Part shown: positions 57,615-64,000 of the stretch, in pieces
Layout: each line of letters opens with the position of its first letter
How positions within the stretch are numbered: position 1 is the stretch's first letter
Assembly: GCA_965246885.1 (NCBI GenBank)
Contig: OZ251992.1
Span: forward strand, 2,144,001-2,208,000
Direction: 5' to 3'
From: Abditibacterium sp.
GTDB taxonomy: Bacteria > Armatimonadota > Abditibacteriia > Abditibacteriales > Abditibacteriaceae
Length of the DNA: 64,000 bases
Notes under the pieces: model-generated
What the model was told of the DNA's origin: nothing
Seen by the model: only the letters and a program-made list of their open reading frames with translations
The model's database searches: none
Translations under genes and position numbers: made by a program

Positions 57615-58895
57615 TCACTCCGACGCGACGGCGGCGCGCTTGCGAGAAGGCGTATCTACATGATGCGCCTGCGACTTGAAGACACGGTGCGGCTCGACGT
57701 GGACAACAGGGCAAATCACTGGGTGCAAGCGGCGCAAGAGGAAGTTGACGAGGCCGTTGTGGTGCTTGATGAAGAGGGACAAGCGGAAACCTTGGACGCC
57801 CAAGCGACTCTTGAACTTGTAGGAGGTCTGGCCGGTGGAAACGTGCGACACGCCGCGCTCGCACGCGAGGGCAATGGCGGGGTAGATCAGGTTAAAGTAG
57901 ACGTTGTAGTCGTCGTTGACGGCGTAATCCACGCCGGTATAGAGGTCTTGCACGCCAGCGCGGGTTTCCATGAGAAGCTCGATGCCGACCAGCCTGCCGG
58001 TTGCTTTTTCGCGTGCGGTGACGAGGCGGGCGCACTCGCAATCGCCCAAAGCGCGGAAGAACGCGGGGGTAAGCTCCTCGAAAGTGGCTTCGGCGCGGGC
58101 CAGCACTTGCGAATACAGGGCGTGCGCTTCTTCGGCGAGGTGGCCAAAGTTCGTCTCGACGCGAATATCAAGGCTGGTGGAGCGCTCTTGGTCGTCGCGC
58201 ACGGCGCGACGATAGAGCTTACGCATGGCGCCGGTGTAGTCGTCCAAGGAGTGCCAGTCTTGCTCGATGTCAATGCGCGTTCCGGGAAGAGAAGCGGCTT
58301 GCACGAAGCCGGAAGTTCGCAAGGCGGGGCCGAACTGAGTGACGGACTCGTCGGGCAGTTCAAAGAACAAACGCAAGCCGGGGCCAGACAAGCCCTCGAC
58401 GGCCTCGACGAGTTGGCGGGCGACTTTCTCGCGTTCGGCGCCTTCCAATTGGGGTGCAAGGGCGAGGTTGGGGCGGCAGTTGGTGATGATGGGGCCGCAG
58501 GTATGAGCACGCAAGATGCCCAGACGCTTCATCGGCCCTTTGCGAACGCGCGCGGCCCACTGTTTGAGCGAAGGCGCGGCCAAAGTCAGCAGGTCAATCT
58601 CGCTTTGAAACACGACCGCGACGCCTGCGATGCGCCCTTGATGGGAAACGGCGAGGTAGCGCGGACGCTTCATCATGCCGGACGACTGGGCGGCGAAGAG
58701 GAAGTCGTGGCGCAGTTGCGGCTCTTCTTCGGGCAATGCCGCGTTCCACTCCTGCGCGTCGAACGCAAGAATGGAATCGCACACTTGGAGGGACGAAGCG
58801 CCTTCCGATAGAGTACGCTCAGAATCGGTCAAGGCCGTATTCACCCCGTAGTCGAGCGGCAAGGAGGGCAACGGCAACGAGGAGTGACGGGTCAT
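57615..58895 (-). CDS. GNAT / FemAB-like acyltransferase
   Basis: MRKLYRR, FEELTPAFF, YTGVDY…VYFNL, GQTSYKFKSRLG C-terminal GNAT motifs. Confidence 0.8.
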   Translation of the reverse strand: MTRHSSLPLPSLPLDYGVNTALTDSERTLSEGASSLQVCDSILAFDAQEWNAALPEEEPQLRHDFLFAAQSSGMMKRPRYLAVSHQGRIAGVAVVFQSEIDLLTLAAPSLKQWAARVRKGPMKRLGILRAHTCGPIITNCRPNLALAPQLEGAEREKVARQLVEAVEGLSGPGLRLFFELPDESVTQFGPALRTSGFVQAASLPGTRIDIEQDWHSLDDYTGAMRKLYRRAVRDDQERSTSLDIRVETNFGHLAEEAHALYSQVLARAEATFEELTPAFFRALGDCECARLVTAREKATGRLVGIELLMETRAGVQDLYTGVDYAVNDDYNVYFNLIYPAIALACERGVSHVSTGQTSYKFKSRLGVQGFRLSLFIKHHNGLVNFLLRRLHPVICPVVHVEPHRVFKSQAHHVDTPSRKRAAVASE

Positions 58896-59017
58896 AAGGC
58901 AAGCGCAGAAGCGGAGAATTTGGACGTAGGTTTAACATGCGAGATTCGCGTGTTAAGGGATATTAAGAGCATCCTCATAAGCCCTTCACAATGAAACACA
59001 CAGCGCTCGGTAGTATT

Positions 59018-59953
59018 TCACCCGGCAAACGCCCGCCACAGCGCGATGTTAGTCGCCTCATTGCGACGAAGTTCCGCTTCCGAGGGCGTGCGCGGGGCCG
59101 GATGGTCGGCGCGCGAAACTGCCCGAAACAAGAAGTTGCGCGGCTGCCCGCCGCTCCACTCACCGGTCACGTCCGCGCCCACAATCACCTTCTCGGCGCG
59201 AATCGCTTCGATGGCCGCGCACACGTCGGGCAACGCCAATTCCCCCGCATCCCAGTTGGAAATGGCGCTTTCTGGGCGCAGGCAATCCTTATCGAGAGAG
59301 ATGTAGACTGAGCGCGTCGGCAGACGCGCCAGCACGTCCGTCAATATCGCGTCCCACCCCGCCGCCGCAATCGTTTTCCAACGAAGCCACACTCCCTTTT
59401 GCTTTGCTCCCGACGTCAGAGTGCGCGCCCGCACCGTTGGCCACAGCGACCGCGCCAGCGTCGCCGGGTAAATCTCCAACCGTCCACTGAGAAGCGCCGC
59501 GCGGTTGCCGCGCCATAGTTGCGCGCCGCCCAAATCCTCCTTGCCCGCGCCCAACACCACGATGCGCTCGACGTGGGGCAACCGGAGCGCCGCGTTGACC
59601 CACGTTCCGCAACAGGGCCAAGGCGAAGTTGTGTCCCAATCGGGATGCTGGTCGAAGACGATCACACTCAGCGGTTCACGGTGAAATTTCAAAAGCGAAA
59701 ACGTCAGATGGTGGAAGTCGCCCGACCCGTAAAACGTGAGGCGGTGTTTATGTTCTGGGGCCGACTGCTGCGCCAAGCGGTGCTCGAAACTCGCGCGCCT
59801 TTGGACGCGGCAGAGGTAGCGCAAGTGTGGCCCAAGCGCTGCGAAAGACGTGGTGTGGGCACCCGAAACGGATAAGAACTCGCGCTGGCGAGAAAGCGAG
59901 CCATCCAAATCCAAAACGCGTGGCTGGGGCGAAAACGGCGAACTAAGCGGCAT
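59018..59953 (-). CDS. Arginase/ureohydrolase-fold protein
   Basis: GSGDFHH, FDQHPD, YISLDKD, GADVTGE metal-ligand motifs. Start at ATG 59953. Confidence 0.8.
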   Translation of the reverse strand: MPLSSPFSPQPRVLDLDGSLSRQREFLSVSGAHTTSFAALGPHLRYLCRVQRRASFEHRLAQQSAPEHKHRLTFYGSGDFHHLTFSLLKFHREPLSVIVFDQHPDWDTTSPWPCCGTWVNAALRLPHVERIVVLGAGKEDLGGAQLWRGNRAALLSGRLEIYPATLARSLWPTVRARTLTSGAKQKGVWLRWKTIAAAGWDAILTDVLARLPTRSVYISLDKDCLRPESAISNWDAGELALPDVCAAIEAIRAEKVIVGADVTGEWSGGQPRNFLFRAVSRADHPAPRTPSEAELRRNEATNIALWRAFAG

Positions 59954-60016
59954 GGGAGGAGCGAAAGAGGCCAATACAGCGTAACCTTTGCGGTGCCCGC
60001 GCGTTCCGCTTAGCCC

Positions 60017-60313
60017 ATGCCCGCCCTGATTTCCCCCGCGTATCTCGAAGCCGCGCGCGTCCTTGCGCTGTCGTCGAGCCTGATTGTCACCATCGGCTCC
60101 TACGATCAAGTCTGGAGGATTTGGCGCTCGAAAAGCGTGCGCGATATTTCGCCGAGCCTTGTCTATCTATCGGGAGTCAACGAAGTGACATGGCTCAACT
60201 ACGGTTTCGCGCTCCAAGAGTGGCCCATGATTCTGGTGGGCGTCATCAACTTCCCGGCGTGCGTGTTGGCGATTTGGGGCTACCTCAAATTCCGCGAGCG
60301 GAAGAAAGAATGA
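60017..60313 (+). CDS. SemiSWEET / PQ-loop family transporter
   Basis: Three TMs; Q…KSVRDIS, WLNYG, PMI…N motifs (PQ reads DQ here). Confidence 0.72.
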   Translation: MPALISPAYLEAARVLALSSSLIVTIGSYDQVWRIWRSKSVRDISPSLVYLSGVNEVTWLNYGFALQEWPMILVGVINFPACVLAIWGYLKFRERKKE

Positions 60314-60368
60314 CGGCGGCGGGCGATTCCCAGAAGTGGGCGGGCAGAATAATTAACTAACTGACGCC

Positions 60369-60452
60369 AGAATTAACTGCGCCATCGGCAAAATAATGCG
60401 CGCCGCCGGAAGAATTATACGCGCCGCCGGGAGAATTAGGTGGGGCGACCGG
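60369..60452. repeat. Degenerate 21-bp-period array (AGAATTA…GCGCC, 4 units)
   Basis: A(G/A)AAT(T/A)A at 60369, 60390, 60411 and 60432. Confidence 0.8.
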
Positions 60453-60561
60453 CGGCGCGACTTATTCCTTTGCTGTCCCATGCCGGTCAGGGGCGCTCCG
60501 GCTCACTTGGAATGTTCCGAGCCTTGCGGTTTCCAATGGCGCGGGGCCGCACACTGAAACG

Positions 60562-61782
60562 GTGCACCCCTTTCAGCGTTTGCTCAACCGCGCCCTGCGC
60601 CGCTTGCGCGGCGGGACGCTGCGCGTGACCTACTGGAACGGCCAAACGCGCCGTTTCGGGCGCGGCGAACCCACCGTTCACCTCCACCTGAAAAGCCCCG
60701 CCGTTGTGCCGCGCTTGTTGCTCGACCCCGAACTCGCTTTTGGCCAAGCGTATCAGCGCGGCGAACTGGAAATCGAGGGGCGCCTCGAGGATCTGATGCG
60801 TTTGGTCGCCGCCAACGAAGCCCCGATGCCGCGCGCTGTCGAAGCCCTCTTTCACGGCGCCGCCCTGTTTTCGCGCTGGCAGGGCGTGTCCATCGGGCGC
60901 AACCGCGAGGACGTCCAAGCGCACTATGACCTCGGCAACGACTTCTACGGGCGGTGGCTCGACCCCTCCATGACGTACTCGTGCGCTTATTTTCGCACCC
61001 CCGACGACTCTTTGGAAGTCGCCCAAGCCAATAAAATTCGCCACTTGCTGCGCAAGCTGCGCTTGGAAGACGGTCAGAGTTTGCTCGATGTCGGTTGCGG
61101 CTGGGGCGCGCTGTTAGCGCAGGCCGCGCGCGACTCTGATGTGCAGGCGTTGGGAATTACTTTGTCGGAAGAACAAAAGAAGTGGTTCGACGAGCGCACT
61201 CGCCCATCGTTAAAAGGACGCGCCGAAGTTCGCTTGCAGCATTACCACGATTTAGCGCAAAGCGGGCAGAAGTTCGACCGATTGGTGTCGGTGGGCATGG
61301 CCGAACACGTCGGGCGCGCCAATCTACCCGCTTATATCGAAGACCTCCGAATGTTGCTCAAATCCGGTGGTATCGGCGTTTTACACTGTATCACCAGCGT
61401 TGCCGAAGAGCCAACGAGCGCATGGCTGGTTAAATACATTTTTCCCGGCGGCTACATTCCCTCCTTCGCCGAAATCGTGCGCGAACTATCGCGTCAAGAG
61501 TTGGTTGTCTACGATATCGAGAACTTGGGACAACATTATGCCCTGACACTCGACAAGTGGAGCGAGGGGTTTGAACGGAACGTCAAATGGGTGCGCGACC
61601 GCTACGGCGAAGAGTTCGTGCGGATGTGGAGCTTATACCTTCAATTCGCCGCCGCTTCTTTTCGGGAAGAGGATATCTACGTTCATCAAATCATCTTTTC
61701 CAACGGCAAAGCGACCGATTACCCTTTGACGCGCGAGTGGATGTATTCTCCCGACCCAGACGCGTCTGCTCCGCGCGTTTAA
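60562..61782 (+). CDS. cfa: Cyclopropane-fatty-acyl-phospholipid synthase family methyltransferase
   Basis: HYDLGNDFY, MTYSCAYF, LDVGCGWG, SVGMAEHVG, YIFPGG. Confidence 0.92.
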   Translation: MHPFQRLLNRALRRLRGGTLRVTYWNGQTRRFGRGEPTVHLHLKSPAVVPRLLLDPELAFGQAYQRGELEIEGRLEDLMRLVAANEAPMPRAVEALFHGAALFSRWQGVSIGRNREDVQAHYDLGNDFYGRWLDPSMTYSCAYFRTPDDSLEVAQANKIRHLLRKLRLEDGQSLLDVGCGWGALLAQAARDSDVQALGITLSEEQKKWFDERTRPSLKGRAEVRLQHYHDLAQSGQKFDRLVSVGMAEHVGRANLPAYIEDLRMLLKSGGIGVLHCITSVAEEPTSAWLVKYIFPGGYIPSFAEIVRELSRQELVVYDIENLGQHYALTLDKWSEGFERNVKWVRDRYGEEFVRMWSLYLQFAAASFREEDIYVHQIIFSNGKATDYPLTREWMYSPDPDASAPRV

Positions 61783-61852
61783 GTGGGAATCCTCTTACTT
61801 TGTGCGTTTCCCACGACGGGCAGGAATGACCGTTGCCCAATACTACCCGCCG

Positions 61853-62509
61853 ATGATTCGATTTTCTTCCGTCGCTCTCCCCACCCTTTTGGCCGCGAGC
61901 CTCGCGCTTCCCCTTTGTGCCCACGCGCAAACAAGCGCGGAGTTGGGTGTGTCGCCCGCCGCATCCGTTGCCTCAAGCGGTCAGGCCGACGTGCATCTGA
62001 GCGCCGCCACGAGCACAAGCAAACCGGCGTGGGCCAAGTTCGCGTCCAATACGGGCAACCTCATCTTTCTGGGCGCGGGGACGTTACTTCCGCTTGTGGA
62101 AGACGGCCATAACGGGAATCAGCACGCCCTGCGCGTTGCCGATGCCGTCATTTCCGCGACGCTTCTCACCGAGGGCTTAAAGCGCGTTTTTCGGGAAAAA
62201 CGTCCGGACGCGAACTCGCGCGATTCGTTCCCGTCGGGTCACGCCACTGCCGCGTTTGCCGTTGCGACGATGCAAGCGCACTTTCATCCAAACCAAGCGA
62301 TCTTTTGGTATGCCGGAGCGAGCGCAATTGCCTACTCGCGCGTCAAGCTGCGCCGCCATTACAATCAGGACATCCTCGCGGGCGCGGCGGTGGGCATCCT
62401 TACGGCCCGCGCCGAAATCTCCCAATCGCGCGGCCTGCTACTATTTCCCTTTATTCACGGCGAGCGCAAAGCGAGCACAAGCGGCGTCGCTGTCAGCATC
62501 AACTTCTAA
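61853..62509 (+). CDS. PAP2 family phosphatase
   Basis: K…RP, SFPSGH, SRVKLRRHY…D motifs; signal peptide. Confidence 0.88.
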   Translation: MIRFSSVALPTLLAASLALPLCAHAQTSAELGVSPAASVASSGQADVHLSAATSTSKPAWAKFASNTGNLIFLGAGTLLPLVEDGHNGNQHALRVADAVISATLLTEGLKRVFREKRPDANSRDSFPSGHATAAFAVATMQAHFHPNQAIFWYAGASAIAYSRVKLRRHYNQDILAGAAVGILTARAEISQSRGLLLFPFIHGERKASTSGVAVSINF

Positions 62510-62548
62510 GCGCCCTCACCCTTGAGCGTTTCCCCTCCGCGTCTTGTC

Positions 62549-63880
62549 ATGGTTTTTCGTTCTTCCTTTGTTTGTCTGGCGCTTCTTGCGGTTCCCACTG
62601 TGTCCGTGCACGCCCAAGGGGTGCCGTCCGCCCCAACTCCAAGCGCACCTGCCGGGGTTGCAGGAACGGCTTCGCTTTCCCCGGCCACTCCCGTTGTTTC
62701 CCCGGCGCAAACCGGTGCGCTGTCGTTGGACGCGGCGCTTTTGGCGGGGCGGAGCGGGAGCTTCACGCTGGGAAGCGCAAGCGCGCGTATTGCGGCGGCG
62801 CAGGCGCGTTTGGCGGGGGCGGGCGCGTTTTCGGGAACGACGCTGACGCTCGCGCGGGCGTTTGGCTCGCGCAACACGGCGGGGTTCGACGAGGACGTGA
62901 TTCTGAGTCAGATAGTGGAATTGGGCAAGCGCGGTTCGCGGGTTGCGGGTGCGCGAGCGGATATTGAGGCAGCGACTTTCGACCGCGCGGGGGTTGGGAC
63001 GGACTTGGAGTTTGCCATTCGCTCGGCCTACTTTGACGCTTTGCGCTTTGACGTGGAGTTGAACTTGGCGATGCAGTCGCTCGCGCGGGCGCAAAAGTTC
63101 GAGGCGGCGGCGCAAGCGGGCTTTACGGCGGGCGATGTGCCGCGCGCCAACGTGGTGCGCGCTCAGGTCGAGACCGCGCGGGCCGAGTCGGATGTGCGTA
63201 CGGCTCAGTCGGAGCGGCGCATCCGCTTGGCGGCGCTGCGTTCGTTGCTGGGAATGGCGGATGACGCGCCCATCCAAACCTCGGATACGCTGAGTTTCAA
63301 ACCGGTGAGTTATGAGTTGCCCGCGCTGTTGCAGGTGGCGCTCGCGGGGCGCGCCGATGTCCGTAGCGCGCGGGCGACGCTGCGCTCCAAGCAAGCCTCT
63401 GCCGCCGCCGCGCGCGCTTTAGGCCGCCCCGATGCCTTCATCGAAGCACGGCGGGCGGGGATAGTGGCTTACAACGGGAATCCCAACGGCACTTCTGTGC
63501 GCGTGGGCGTCACTATTCCCCTGTTCGACTTCGGGCGCAATCGTGCAAGCGCGGCGGAAGCGCGGGCGAACGTCCAAGACGGGCAGGGCACGCTCGATAC
63601 GGCGCTTCGGACGGCGCGGTTGGATGTGACGACGACGTTCGAGCGGCTGATGGCGGCGCAGCGCGCGGTGCAGGGGTTCGATCAAGGGCGCTTGGCGCGC
63701 GCGACCGAACTGCTGGACATGGCGCAAACGGGCTACGAGCGCGGGGCAAACTCGTATCTGGAACTGCTTGACGCGCAAGCAGTGTACAGGACGGAGCAAG
63801 CGGAATACGCCCGCGCGCTCGCGGCGTGGAACACGGCGCTGGCGGATTTGCAGCGCGCGGTGGGAGGGAAACTACCATGA
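62549..63880 (+). CDS. TolC/CzcC family outer-membrane efflux protein
   Basis: Signal peptide, ELGKRGSR, GVTIPLFD, YERGANSYLELLDAQ. Confidence 0.9.
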   Translation: MVFRSSFVCLALLAVPTVSVHAQGVPSAPTPSAPAGVAGTASLSPATPVVSPAQTGALSLDAALLAGRSGSFTLGSASARIAAAQARLAGAGAFSGTTLTLARAFGSRNTAGFDEDVILSQIVELGKRGSRVAGARADIEAATFDRAGVGTDLEFAIRSAYFDALRFDVELNLAMQSLARAQKFEAAAQAGFTAGDVPRANVVRAQVETARAESDVRTAQSERRIRLAALRSLLGMADDAPIQTSDTLSFKPVSYELPALLQVALAGRADVRSARATLRSKQASAAAARALGRPDAFIEARRAGIVAYNGNPNGTSVRVGVTIPLFDFGRNRASAAEARANVQDGQGTLDTALRTARLDVTTTFERLMAAQRAVQGFDQGRLARATELLDMAQTGYERGANSYLELLDAQAVYRTEQAEYARALAAWNTALADLQRAVGGKLP

Positions 63881-64000
63881 ACGAAATTTCCAAACCACCG
63901 GCTAAACCGACCGGCCTCGTTGTGGGCGCCCTCGCCCTCGGTTTGCTTGGTGGCGCGGGCGCGATGAAGGTGCTTTATGGCCCGACCGCACCGAAAGAAG
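63877..64000 (+). CDS. Partial CDS, probably an RND efflux periplasmic adaptor (truncated by window end)
   Basis: ATG overlaps the TolC stop (ATGA); N-terminal TM (GLVVGALALGLLGGAG). Product inferred from position only. Confidence 0.55.
   Translation, partial: MNEISKPPAKPTGLVVGALALGLLGGAGAMKVLYGPTAPKE

Noticed and set aside
56706..58811. 701-aa + strand ORF and similar long antisense ORFs (20952..22589, 25095..26522, 45247..47013, 51939..53234)
   Set aside because: Each lies opposite well-supported genes and has no recognisable motifs; typical high-GC shadow ORFs.
16555..60452. 21-bp arrays as CRISPR arrays
   Set aside because: The total period (21 nt) is shorter than a CRISPR repeat alone, anchors are only 5-9 nt, the variable parts recur, and there are no cas genes in the window.

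Overview
GC-rich bacterial chromosomal window with about 50 CDS, four tRNA genes and no integrase, transposase, rRNA or CRISPR array that I can see. The DUF1559/H-X9-DG prepilin-like genes and general gene style suggest an Armatimonadota/Abditibacteriota-like organism, but that is inference. Recognisable housekeeping genes are hisD, leuD, sufBCDS, tgt, ilvD, acpS and cfa. There is also a starch-utilisation trio, a GH18-CE4-GT2 fusion, an ArnT-type transferase and a 2418-aa CSLREA beta-helix surface protein. Two signals stand out. (1) Five intergenic, degenerate arrays with an exact 21-bp period (about 16.6, 24.8, 36.7, 51.8 and 60.4 kb) share sequence words across loci and strands; each lies upstream of a + strand gene and none is CRISPR-like. 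(2) An approximately 11-kb envelope locus (23.5-34.8 kb) couples PspA/IM30 (bacterial ESCRT-III family) and a classical AAA+ ATPase with two binding proteins sharing an identical N-terminus (one fused to OmpA), an ABC transporter and helical membrane proteins. It is interrupted by a toxin-antitoxin/GGDEF insert. All calls come from reading motifs by eye; no database searches were run, and many start codons are best guesses.
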